Origin: Blastocystis sp. Blastoise
Taxonomy: Eukaryota; Protista; Bigyra: Opalinata
Length of the DNA stretch: 64,000 nucleotides
Assembly (NCBI GenBank): GCA_039096225.1
Contig: JBBPEB010000011.1
Span: forward strand, 124,001 to 188,000
Direction of reading: 5' to 3'
The notes under the pieces were generated by a model. The model was not told the DNA's origin, ran no database searches, and was given only the letters and a program-made list of their open reading frames with translations. Both the position numbers and the translations under genes were made by a program. Shown piece by piece: positions 1-13,107 of the stretch. The first letter of the stretch is position 1. Each line of letters begins with the position of its first letter.

Positions 1-1010
1 GAAGACTGTGATGAAGAATTACAATCAGACTCTATGGCAGTTTTGATTCCGTTTCTTGAACCCTTACTGAATAGTATGTGCGTCAAGCAAAATAACATCA
101 GAAACTCATCTCTACAATGCTTATATAATATACTCTTATTGAAAACTACTCTGCTAGATCATTATTATGATATATATATAAATGTATATATTATTTATTA
201 GTATTGTAATGTGTATTTATATCTATTGTTTTTTTTATTGTAATATATATTTATATGTATTGTTTATTATAGTATCTTTATTGCCTATTTTTCTTTATAT
301 TTGGTTACTATTATAATCACTACTTGATTCATTTCTCTATATAATCAATATATATATATTAACTATTATAATTTCTTTGTTTATTATTCTATAAATATAT
401 ATTGAATAGAACTTGTTTCAATTGTCTTCAGATTCTTCTATAACTGTTCGTTCTATGGTTATTTCAAGTCTTTCGGAATTATTTTTTCAGAATCCATCGA
501 TTTTCCTCTCTTGTTACCCTTCCTTCTTTTCTATATTATGTATTCTCCTTAAAGACACAGATTCTACTATATCTACACAAGCAACAGGTATATATTTTTT
601 ATAAACTATTATATATATATATATTTATAATATATATTTATAATTTATATATTTATTTACTATAGACTTTTGGACGGCATTTATAGAAGTAGATTATGAC
701 ACTATTCAATCTGTTCTATATACATATATATCGCAAGTTATTCCTATTGTTCTGAAGGTAATTATATATATACATATATATTATATATATATTTGTTTTT
801 CTTCTACACATTCAATAGTTCTATATTTATATCTTTAGAATATTCGATTAGAAGAATCTGAGATCTATGACATATCTTCCAGTCCTTTCTTCCTTGTCTC
901 CTCTTCTATTCATTCTCATTCGTATAGTGAACATGTCAAGTATATTCTTTGATTATCTATATATATACAAATTAATTTATTTATAATTTGATTAACTAAC
1001 ATAATCACAT

Positions 1011-1047
<37 letters not shown>

Positions 1048-1225
1048 TTTATTCTATTAATAGTTGTCTATTCTCTGATATATAAGTCTCTCTTCAATAT
1101 ATTTCTATTCTTTATACATCGTGTTATTTGTTCTATACATTTGTTTTATAAATATGTTCTTCTAAATCTTTTATCCTATTTTATATTATATATATGCATA
1201 TATATATAATTTAGATAACAATCTT

Positions 1226-1272
<47 letters not shown>

Positions 1273-4047
1273 CATAATAATCTTTCTCTTCTCTTATTAG
1301 AGATGATATATTTAATATAACTTATGGAGAATGGACACTTCGAAAAGCGTCAGGTACATGCTTAGAACAATATGCTTCTTATTACCCAGATCTTATTATT
1401 CCATATTGTACTGAATCTATTCTTGTATATATATTTATAAAAGTTTACTATCTTTTAATGATATATTTTCTTTGTTTATTCTCCTCTTATTCTATAGGAA
1501 TCATTGTATTCTTCTGAGTGGATCACTCAAGAAATGGCCGTTGTCGCTCTTGCCGCCATGGCAAATGGCGCGCAAACGCAACTCTATCCTTATCTACCTA
1601 CATTTATTAAGTATATAAATTATTTATGTGTTTTTTTATATATGAGTAGTTCATATATTTTTTCATTTTTTTATATATATTTTTATCTTTCCTATTCTTT
1701 AATATATATATATAGAGTTCTCTTTCCTATTCTTTAATATATATATATATAGAGTTCTCTTTCCTATTCTTTAATATATATATATAGAGTCCTCTTTCCT
1801 ATTCTTTAATATATATATATAGAGTTCTCTTTCCTATTCTTTAATATATATATATAGAGTTCTCTTTCCTATTCTCTGTGATCCTCCTAATACATCATTA
1901 TTTTCCTCTATAACTTGGACACTTGGCAAGTATTCATTATATATACTAGAGAGAGAAAAACAAAGCTTCTTACCAAATATGATCCATATACTACTACAAG
2001 CAAGTGACCAACCAAATCCACTTGTATATATTCATATATATAGTTATTATAGTTATTATAATTAAAATATTAATAATAATAATAATAATAATTATTATTA
2101 TCTATATATATAGCTTCAAAGAGCTTCATATTTATGTATAAATTCAATTATTGAGAATGACAATGAGTGCGTCATGGACTGCTATTTCGACTTGATATTT
2201 CAATCCATTTATTCACAATATACTAACAATACTGTATATTTTCTATTTATTATATTCTTTAATTATTATTCTATATAGATTTATAATTATTCAATATTGC
2301 TAATGCTACTAGGGAATTTAGCGAAGCATTATTCAGATCATTTCTCCCAAGGGAATTATCCTGAAATGACTCTGGATATACTTATTAATCGTTGGAAATC
2401 TTTAGGGAATCTTGAAGAAGGAATGATCTATGTCATGAATAGTCTTAGTAATGTTATCTATGTATATATGTTTTAATATATACTTATATTATTATAATTA
2501 TATATGTAGTATATACATCTATATAATGTGATACTATCTATAGGCTTTGGGTGATAAAATGGATATATATATAGAAGATATATATAAGAGGATAATGAGT
2601 ATTATAGAAGAAAGTTTTAATATATATGACTTGAAACAAGTAATTAATTATAATAATGTTATAATAAAAGCTATACTATTAATTTTTATAGGAAAAAGAT
2701 GAAGAAGAAAATGATGAAGATGAGGATGAGATCTTTTTAATATCTTCTTCATTTGGTTTACTGAGTACAATAATTGAAACTGCTCCTTCAAAAATATCTT
2801 TACTTTTAGAACACTCATCTCTCCTTTCTTCTCTCTATAAAGGATGTGTTGTATATATATATTATATATTATATATATTATATATATTATATATATTATA
2901 TATATTATATATATTATATATTATATGTATTATATAATAATAAAATATAATAATAATAAAACATAATAATAAATAAAATAATACTATATGACTCTGTATA
3001 TAGTCCACAAGTGATTCTCTTCGTATTTCTTCCTTTTATCTTTTAGGTACTATTTCTTTCTCTCTATTCCCTCTTATCTCTACATCTGTATCTCAAGTTA
3101 TTCAACTATGCTTTCAATATATTGATATTCAGTATTCTATATATTCTTGTTTTCTCATTTAATATTATAACAAATACTATTATATTAATTAATAAATTAA
3201 ATAAATAATTTTAATATTAGTAACTACTTTTTAAAAATTCTTCTATATCTATATATATATAGATATCCTGAAGTTACTTCTTCCTGTTTATGGACACTTG
3301 GTGTTCTCTTTAATAATATTCAACAAGATACTTCTTCTTATATATCCATTCTATATATATTCACTCTATATATGTATATATATATATATTCACTCTCTCT
3401 CAATATATATATACCATAATATATACTCTAAAAATATATATACTACCTATATATATTCATCTTTCATATCTACTAAAAACAACTAATATCATCATAATCC
3501 ATATCTATTCTTAATTAAAAATAAATATCGTTAATTGATTCTACGATAATTCCTCTTCTCCGTACAAATGACCCTCTTCCTTTCTCTGTACAAGAATCTC
3601 TGACGAATACTATTGGATATATATGTAGATATTGTACTTCTACGATTCATCCATTGCTATCAAAGGACTTTGGTACTCTCTGCTCTTGTTTATCCTATAA
3701 TGATAATAATCAAGAGAAAAATGATAGTTGTCTTGGAATTATTGATATGATTCATTACGATCCTGAACTTCTTAATAAATATTATAAACAAATTATGGAA
3801 CTTATCACATCTTGGTATTTACTTTTTTATCTTTTTTTAACAAGTCTTTTTTTTTGAGATATACGTTTTTATCTTATTTTTAATATTACTTATTAGGGGA
3901 CCCACAGTTGATCAAAATCTAGCAACAAGTTTCTCGAAAATCTTATTCTTATTCAAAGAAAACCATTTGTCCGAGTGGTCAATCATTACACAAACTATAC
4001 CTACAAATGTTTTGATAAGTCTTCAATCTATATATCAGTTTGAATAA
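1..4047 (+). CDS. TNPO1: Transportin-1 / karyopherin-beta2-like importin (multi-exon, 5' end outside window)
   Basis: Spliced HEAT-repeat peptides match recalled transportin motifs: DFWTAF, acidic loop then EWTLRKASGTCLE, EMAVVALAAMANG, ITWTLGKYS, CLWTLG, QESLTNTIG, QEKNDSCLGI. Stop TAA at 4045-4047. Confidence 0.85.
1686..1876 (+). repeat. Tandem repeat (35-37 bp unit, 5 copies) spanning a 3' splice site
   Basis: Unit (AT)nAGAGTTCTCTTTCCTATTCTTTA, with acceptor AGs ending at 1715, 1752, 1787, 1822 and 1857. Confidence 0.95.
3342..3524 (+). other. Putative U12-type intron with AT-AA termini in transportin
   Basis: Starts ATATCCATT, branch-like TTCTTAAT at 3508-3515, no AG inside the interval; removal gives SSY|ISLIDSTIIPLLR in frame. 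Confidence 0.6.
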
Positions 4048-4446
4048 TTTATATTTATTTATTTTTATTTGTTTTCTTTTAATGTATTTTCTTTTTAATT
4101 TTTCAATATATATCTTTTTTTTTCTTATATATGCTATTATTATGATGCACATATATCGATCAAATGGATAAAATGATTCTTTGATTAGCAAGAGTGCTTT
4201 ATCTTTTTGTTTTTTAGAAGATTTCCCCCTATTATATAAGTGCATTAAGCTCTTTTTTTTCCTTGGTTGTTTCTATAACAAACTGGTATCGTAGCTCATC
4301 CACATTCTTGTTTTCCTTTTTGCTTTTTCTTTTCTATTTTTTTGTATATTATTAACCACAAAAAGTTGCATTTCGTTATTATAATTGTTTCTTCTTTTTT
4401 ATAATATTTCTCATCACTGTACATAAATCAGCTGTAAATGATGTTG

Positions 4447-4488
4447 TTGGCTGATAAGTATTGGCTATTTTTTCGTTCTTAGCCAATC
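4447..4488. promoter_or_regulatory. Cluster of CCAAT-like boxes / inverted repeat upstream of the RRM gene
   Basis: TTGGCTGAT (4447), ATTGGCTA (4460-4467) and TAGCCAATC (4480-4488), about 270-300 bp upstream of the ATG. Confidence 0.35.
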
Positions 4489-4751
4489 ATGCCGCTTTAT
4501 TATTCAAATTAGGACTGAATTTCTGTTTTAGTTCAATTTTTAGTCACACATGGTCTTTTCATCATTTTAGACAAAATACTGGAATAATTAGGGAAGAAAA
4601 ACCCAATAAAGGAATCAATTTAAATTTATGATTTATTAACAATTATGAAGGTGATTCATAGAAATAATCATAAATAAATAACTTACCCTAGGAATTAAAA
4701 GTTTTCAGTAGGCATTTATTTTTTTTTCTTTTATTACTTATTATGGTTGCT

Positions 4752-7234
4752 ATGGAGTCCAATTTTCAAAGTATATATTACTAACAAGATCTCTTTTATT
4801 ATATGATGACTTGAATAACTATATTTTATGTTATATAATGGATCATCCATAATTATATGTATTTTTAGGCGAAGAAGTTTTAGATATTCATCAAATGTAC
4901 AAGTCTGCTGTTCTGTATTTAACAAAAATACCATCTTCAATTACTGTTGTATGTTTCTATTCAGTTTATGTTTTTTTAATTGTTCGTGCAATGACTATTT
5001 TCATCTTAAAACTATAGAACCTTCTTGAACATTTGATATCTAAATATGGGGTTGTTAAAAGGTCTATTATTTTAAGACCTAAAAATGAAGTATGTTTTTT
5101 TCTAGTTAAATTTTATATATATTCATATAAAAATTAATTTAATTACTGTATAGGCTCTTGTTGAGATGAATACTCTTGAAGAGGCTGTGTCACTTCATGA
5201 TTTATGTCAAGAGAATCCACTAAATTTGAATAATAACTGTGTAGAAGTTACTTACAGCAAATATACAAATTTAGAAAGTTTAGTAAATAGGAATCCTGTC
5301 AGTCCAGTTTTATTGGTAACAATATGTTCTGAGGAAACCAAACATTTAAAAATGAAAGAATTACTAGTTGTATATTTTTTAAATTATTTTATTTTTTATT
5401 ATATATTTTTTAAATATATATTAGTTAATAAGAACGTATTATTAATTATTATTCTTATTATTATATTAAAAATCAATAAAAGTTGAATATAATTATTGTA
5501 TTACATACCTTTATTCTAAATTATTATATTTTATAGATTGTAGAATCGTATGTCAAGGTATCCAAAATGCATTTATTTGTTCATCGACGGGTTTCTCAAG
5601 CTCTCGTTGAGTTTAATAATGTAAACGATGCCTTCTTTGCTAAGACCAAATTAGAAGAGTTCACGTATACTACGAATAATCGTGTGTATCGTTTTGAAGT
5701 TCAATTCTCTAAAATAACCACGATTAGCATCATTAAGTCTTCTTCTACTAGTTACGATTGTACATTAGTTGGTAAATCTTCTATTAAGAACAAGTCAAAT
5801 AGTGAAGTATATATTTTGATTATATAGAGTTATTATTATATATTTTAATTATATAGAGTTATTATTATTATTATATTGATATATAAAGTTATTATTATTA
5901 TATTTTGATTATATAAATTTATTATTATTTTATATTTATAATATAAATTTATTACTATTATATATTTATAATATAAATTTATTATTATTATATATTTATA
6001 ATATAAATTTATAATAAATTATATATAGAAATATGACGATTCGGATGATCATAGTTCTTCATCTTCTTCTTGTTATTCTAATTCTCCTTCTTCTTCTTCT
6101 TCTTGTTATTCTAATTCTTCTCCTCATAGAGTTGAATCTTGTAATAATAATAATACAGATAGTACGAAGAAGAATTATAAGACAAAGTCGTCCTCTATAA
6201 ATAAGAATAATTCTACTATGAATTCTTCTTCTGTTCCTAGTTCTCCTCAATATGATACTAATATATATTCGGATTCTACAGCTAGATATGCATTCTATCC
6301 TCCTTCTGAAGATAGATTTCATGATTATTATGACTCAACTGTATTACACAATAATGATTCTTCAAGAACTAATCGACAATATTCTATATATCGATCTTCT
6401 ACAGATCCTTCTTTAAACTATGATATATATAATAGACAAAAGACGGATTTCTATACAGATTTAGTCGATTCTTCTCATTACTCGAATCATTCTGTATATA
6501 CAGAAACACATTCTACATCTCCTTATTCTTCTCCTCATACACTCTCTGGATCTAGATCTGCTATACATTCGTCACAAGTTCTTCTTGGGACATCCTCTAT
6601 AGTTGACATCCCTTCGGAATATCCTACAGAAATGTATCAAGAGATGGAATATACAACACCTCAAGAAAGTTGTTTATATGAGTATAATAAACATCATTCT
6701 TATCCTTTATTTGATAAGAAACAAGACTGCTGCGCGTCTACTATATCTAGTAATTCCTTAAACTCCACTCTCTCTTCATCCCCTCATTCATTTAAACCAT
6801 ATCGTAATAATAATTATCAACAATCTTTACCTCCTCTTAATACTACTACTACTACTAATACTACTAATACTACTAATACTACAGATACAACTGCTGTATC
6901 TAATACTAATTCTCCTTTATCTTCAAATACTTATCCAATTAATACTAAATATAATTCTACATCATCATATACTTATTCTAATCCATCAATTACTTCTCTA
7001 CCTTCTTCAAATAGAACTTTTGTTGTTTATGGATATCCTATAGAAAATAATCTTCATTATTTATATGATTATCTCCTTCATTTCTCTGATATATTCTATA
7101 ATATCACAGCTCTTTTTAGACGACAAGGATATATTCATATTTGTGGTGAATTAAAGTATTCTATACATTCCTTTAATAATATTTTACGGAAATATCCATA
7201 TAATGACTACATTATTCATCTTGAAGAATTGTAA
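4752..7234 (+). CDS. PTB/hnRNP-L-like RRM RNA-binding protein with Ser/Tyr/Asn-rich low-complexity region (6 exons)
   Basis: RRM1 SAVLYLTKIP...KYGVVK...ALVEM...VEVTYSKY and RRM2 SPVLLVTI...QALVEF...FEVQFSK resemble the PTB/hnRNP-L family. All five introns are GT-AG. Alternative ATG at 4743. Confidence 0.75.
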
Positions 7235-8675
7235 ACCTTTTTCATTTTTTAATTTTTTTTTCTTTTATGGGATAAGATATATATACATTTTTTAAATTTT
7301 CTTTTATTATTATTATTTCAATTATAATTATTATTTTATAATTATGTCTTTTTTTAAAAATATTCTTTTACTTTAAATATACTCACTCTCTTATTTTAAA
7401 GATATTATTTGATATGCTTTCTTTTCGATGTTTCTTTTATTAGCTTTAGCATCATTTTTTCAAATTTATTTTTTCTTATTCTATTGCATTATAGATTACA
7501 TTTACTCTTTCTTAAAGAATTTATGTAAGTAACTCTCTATTTTGAATTTATGCTATTGTTTTTAGACATAATTATTATTGAATTATTTTATTATTATTAT
7601 TATTATTATTATAAAATCATTAGTATCACTCTACTTCAAACTACTAGCTGCTCCACTTATTCTTTTAATAATATCAGCATTCCTTTTTCTTTTTAGCTTC
7701 TGTCTAATATATTTTACTACCTTCTCGTTCTTCTATTTTTTATATACTGATGCTCTATCTTTATAATTTTCTTTCTTTATTATTATTACTATTATTATTA
7801 TTACTATTATTATTCAATTATTCTATTTATTGTGGTGATATATATCGTATCTATAAATGTAGATTCTCTCCTGTTTTATTCTTTTTTTTTTTATTATTTT
7901 AATAAATTAAATTTTTTACAAATCTTATTTAATTATACATTTATCTATATATATATACATCATCAGTCAGTCTTTCTCTCTCCATTTTTTTTTTTGTTTT
8001 TTGTTTTTATGTATTTATTTCTACCTAAGTAATTATCATATATTCTTCTTATGCTAACTATCACATTCTATCTATTTATCTTTGCTCTTTTTTATTTGAT
8101 AGATAAATTTTTTTCCTAAAGAATTATTCTTTTTTTTTTAAATACTAATATCATTTATTTAATTCTATGTATATTTTTATAATAATGTAGATCTTTTATT
8201 TATATTTATTTATATTTATATTTTTTTATTTATATTTTTTTATTTATATATTTTTTTTATTTATATTTTTTTTATTTATATTTTTTTATTTATATTTATA
8301 TTTATATTTTTTTATTTATATTTTTTTATTTATATTTATTTATATTTATACGTGAAAAATACATTATTAAAAATATATATATATCTAATTAATAAACTCT
8401 TTTTATTAGTATACATTCATTAACATTTCTTAATCTATAGTAATATGGTGAATAAAGTATATAATACTTTTGAATTCTTAGTTTTTATTATATACTTTCA
8501 ATTCTTCTATTACTTTTTCTTTTGTAATATTCATTCTATTATATACTCAATTTATTATATATAATATGAACTGTGTTTAATTATGTATCCTTAACTATAT
8601 AATACTTTAACAGTATATCAATTGTCTATCTTATTTAGATTATTTTTTTATATAGTATACATATTAAACATATCA

Positions 8676-8825
8676 TTTTTTATATATAATATTGATTTTA
8701 TATATTAAATATATAATATTATTTTTATATATTAAATATATAATATTGATTTTATATATTAAACATATAATTTTTATATATTAAACATATAATATTAACT
8801 TTATATATTAAATATATAATTTTTT
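8676..8825. repeat. Degenerate AT-rich minisatellite (about 23-29 bp unit) in intergenic region
   Basis: Repeated TTTTATATATTAAA(T/C)ATATAAT core, about 5-6 copies. Confidence 0.8.
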
Positions 8826-9522
8826 TTTTATAATATGGGTGCTGTTTCTCTTATATATCAATGTCATAAATAGCACCTGCAATTTTTTTTATCTATAAGG
8901 TTAATTCCTTTTTAAAAATATTTTTTTTTGTTTTATTTATGAATTCTCAACGATATCACTGCTTCATTCAACATCACAACTCCTTGAAACTCAAAAAATA
9001 ATGACATTACTTTTTTCTACAATTCTTTAATTACTCAATTATTATAACTGGCTAACATATAGATTATATATGTATGCTTTTCTTTTTAATTAAAAGCAAC
9101 AATAAATAATTAACACCACATAAAAGTGTATTAAAGAAATAGAATACGCTTTCAAGAACATCAATCGTCTCACTTAGACAAATTATAAATATATCTATTG
9201 ATAGAAAACTTTTTGTTTATGTAATAAAAGCAACTTGAACAATAATCTTCTTTTTATTTGAAAAATAAAAATTTCCACTTAATATGTTGTTTCCCCATGA
9301 ATTTCTTGAACACGTTGGAATCCAACAAAGAGGAGAACCTCCATTTCTTCCCATTATATACGGGTATCTGTTGCCTACAATCTTAATATCGAAAATGAAG
9401 TGTCTTTTATCAATTTTTCCTTTTAGACTTTTTAGAATACATTTCTTATCGTATACTGTGAATTTTCTAAGGTATTTTTCTTTGTTCTTACTTTACATTA
9501 GGTATATAATCTTTAGAAAACA

Positions 9523-10392
9523 ATGTTCCGTCTTGCTCGTCTTGCTCCTGCTGCTCGTAATGCTTTCCAAGTTAGAAGCTTCGCTGCTGCTCAAGTATGT
9601 TAACATCTAATAAACGCTCAATTCAATTATTATTTATTAATATACAAACTTTATATCGCTACTATTCTTTTTATTAATCACATTTTTCTTTCACTTAATT
9701 TTTTTTATTATTCATTACATTACTTTCATTATCTTAATTGTCATATCTTTTATATTAAAATATTCGTTTTTTTTAAATAGATAGAAAATTACTATTTTTT
9801 TTTTCGATTTTTTTTTTTTTTTTTTGAATAATTCACTTTTAATAATTATTTAATCAATTTATTATATTTATTTGTTATTGAATTATAATCTATTATATAT
9901 ATATAGTCTTTCTTAGATAAAGCTCTTGTAACTGATCGTATGGTTAGTGTTGTTAAGGGTTTTGATGCCGTTGATGCTGCTAAGGTATATAGATATATAT
10001 ACTTATTCATTGTATTGTTTTTAAATTCAAAAGACATTTTTATCAATTATATTTTCCAATTATTCTCTATTTATTCTGTATAAAATACCTTTATATATAA
10101 TAATCTATTATTATTATTTTTTAAATATTTAATTATAAATTCAATTCAATTCATTTATATCTTTATTATTTATATATATAAGAATAATAATTAAAAATTA
10201 TTTTTTTTTCTTTAGGTTACTCCTAAAGCTCACTTCACTAAAGATTTAGGTCTTGATTCATTAAATGTTGTTGAATTATTATTAGCTGTTGAAGAAGAAT
10301 TCTGCGTTGAAATTCCTGATGATGTTGCTGAAAAGATTCACAGTGTTGATGATGCTATCAACTTTGTCTCTAGCCATCCTCAAGCTAAGTAA
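9523..10392 (+). CDS. NDUFAB1: Mitochondrial acyl carrier protein (3 exons)
   Basis: Arg/Ala-rich presequence MFRLARLAPAARNAFQVRSFAAAQ, then FTKDLGLDSLNVVELLLAVEEEFCVEIPDDVAEKIHSVDDAINFV. GT-AG introns. Confidence 0.93.
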
Positions 10393-10892
10393 ATTTTATT
10401 TTATTTTTTTAGCTTTTATATATATTCTATTATATATTTTATATATTTGAAATTCTAATATTATTTTCACATTTTCATTTGTCTTGTCTATATTAAAACA
10501 AAAGGAATGACATTGTATTTATCTTATTTCTTTTTCATTCTATATAAATATATATAACAATATTGTATTTTATATTTTCTCTTTTTTTTAAACAAATAAT
10601 TAATATCTTGAAATTAACAAAAATAACTTATTATATCTTCATTAATTTTTATTTTTGTTAAAAACTTAATAAAAAATCACAATACATATAATATAATTGT
10701 TATAAAAACGAAACACATTGACTTTTTTGGCCTAACTTGTTCTATATTTTAATTACAAATAAAAAAAGAATTGGATAACTTTTTGAATATATATTTAAAA
10801 CATAGGAAAATACACACTGAAATATTATTTGAATTAAATATATATGAATAGTACATATATATAATAATAACAAAAATTGATCTATATTCAGC

Positions 10893-11418
10893 TTAGATGT
10901 TAAGCTTCGTACGTCTCCAATGACGTCTCTTAGAATTGTATCTATAAAATAGAAATATTCGATATTCTTGGAATAATATATAAATAATAATAATAATATA
11001 AATAATATTATAATATAAATAATAGTAAATTGAATAATAATAAATTGAATAATAAAAATAACACCAATATATTAAAAGATGAATAAAAAACAATATCAAC
11101 AAACAAAAAATAATAATAATATCTATACAAAACATAATATTATAATATTTCAATAAAAAATAAGCAATCATATATGAAAAAACATCATAAAAAAAAGTAA
11201 ATGAAATCAAAGAATGTAATAAAGTATAAATAAGTATCTGATAGTGTTATCAGTACGCATACGGATCCATTGAGGAAGAGGTCTGTTTTGATTCATCTTT
11301 TTAGCGAGAATCTTCTTAGTACGGAAAGACTTATGAGAAGGCAATAGGATAAATAGAATGAGCAATTGATGTATCCTTCATTGATTTAAGAAATTATGAA
11401 TAATAGAAGACTTACCAT
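10893..11418 (-). CDS. RPL39: 60S ribosomal protein L39 (exons 11418-11416, 11341-11238, 10941-10893)
   Basis: Spliced 156 nt = 51 aa + TAA: [51 protein letters not shown]. Needs two non-canonical junctions. Confidence 0.96.
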
Positions 11419-11515
11419 GACACAATATGAGTAGTAAGGCCAAATATATTGTCTAAATAAAGAAAGCAAGAGAAAATTTTGGTTACAAGGAAAAAGAAGT
11501 GATTTTTTAAAATAT

Positions 11516-11580
11516 GGGGGTATTTTCTTCTATATAAACAATTTGTATGTATTTCATATTTCATCCAGGGGGTATTTTCT
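11516..11580. promoter_or_regulatory. Duplicated 13-bp motif GGGGGTATTTTCT upstream of RPL39
   Basis: Exact copies at 11516-11528 and 11568-11580, 100-160 bp upstream of the ATG, in otherwise G-poor DNA. Confidence 0.5.
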
Positions 11581-13107
11581 ATTTTTCATTCCTGCTCCCT
11601 AGTTCCGTGATTCTTTCATTCATTTCTCCATTTCTTATTATCTAATCTTGATTATTTCATTTTTTTCAATCTCACATAAAATGTGTATTTCATTGTATTA
11701 AAGGCATTTATTATTTATGTTCTCATTGTCTTATGATCTCCATTAGTCTTTATTATCATATGAATAAAAAAATAAGCAATAATAAGGATTTCTTAATTTC
11801 GTAGTGTTCTTCATGAATGTGTATGCTTGTAAATAGTTCATAAAATTCATTTATGAAGGAATCTTGATTGTCTAGTTTCATAATCAATTTTTAAAATTAC
11901 CATTTTTATAGAAATTCAGTATTTTCTATTGATTTATGTAGAGTTTAATATAATAAATTAGTTCAAAATATTAAGAATTATTATCTACATGATATTGGAA
12001 ATTATAAATAGGATATTATACTTGGAAACGATCAATTATATCGAAAAAAAAACTTTCATTTATTATTTCATAAAAATAAAATAATTCTATAGAGCAAAAC
12101 AAAAACATTCAGACGTAAAACTTGTAAAAAAAGCCATAAATAAGAAAAAACTTATATACAAGAGATTGAAAATAAGAAAATACTACAAAAAAATAATGTA
12201 TAAAAACAAACATCTGAATTCTACAGAGTGATGAAAACAATAGATATGACCAAAATAGATATAAATAAAAACAATTTAGAAACTAAAACATAATATTCTA
12301 AATTGACTCATAAATCTTATAAAAAAAAATAAAATATAGATAAAAAAAAGAAAGAAAAAAAACAATATATGTATATATATATAAAGATGATAAAGAGAAG
12401 AACAACAAATAAATATAAATATAATATTATATCAAATAGTATTTACAATTCGTATATAAACAGTAAATGAATACCAGTAGACTGGCAATGAATATATCGA
12501 TAATTCATAGAACAAAGAAAATATCTTATGAGAAAAATATACGTTATACAATAGTAAAATATATGTTATATATATACATAAAAAGTGAATTTCACTATTA
12601 CATTGAAAATAAAAATTTAAAAAAAAAAATGTTTTTAACAATTTAAATAAAATAAATTGTTATTAAATAGAGTATAGAAATGAATTCATTATAAGACCAA
12701 TAGGATAATATATATAGATATATGTTCTTATAAATATAATATTAAAAAGATTACAACATATTAATAATAAACTTATAAATATGAATAGATTAATTAATAT
12801 GAACGAGAGAGACTTTTTCAACGATCTTAATAATGTGAGTATATAATAATAAGAAATATAATATAGAGAAGAGACTCTTAAAGAAGAATGTCATATATAT
12901 ATATTATATAGAAATAGAAAGAATATATATATATATATTAAGAATAATATACTTTATTCTATATAGATAATAAGTAAATAGCAATTAAATATTATGATAT
13001 AAATGATAACATAAATACTTTATATTTATCAATAATATATAATAATATATTATAAACATATATTATATATATATAATATAAAATATGAATGAATATGATG
13101 ATGATTA

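Noticed and set aside
1686-1876. 35-37 bp periodic repeat as a CRISPR array
   Set aside because: There are no unique spacers or cas genes; it is a eukaryotic intron/exon duplication.
7235-9522. 2.3-kb gene-free interval as a mobile element or hidden gene
   Set aside because: Only low-complexity T-rich sequence and minisatellites; no terminal repeats, transposase or spliceable conserved peptide seen.
9284-9610. 108-aa ORF overlapping the ACP start
   Set aside because: No recognisable domain, in a different frame from ACP exon 1; most likely promoter/5' UTR.
11371-11380. Perfect U12 donor GTATCCTT on the plus strand inside RPL39 intron 1
   Set aside because: It is antisense to RPL39, with no plus-strand gene or U12 branch to go with it.
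10942-11415. Intronic snoRNA in RPL39 introns
   Set aside because: No paired C/D boxes or H/ACA hairpins were recognisable by eye.
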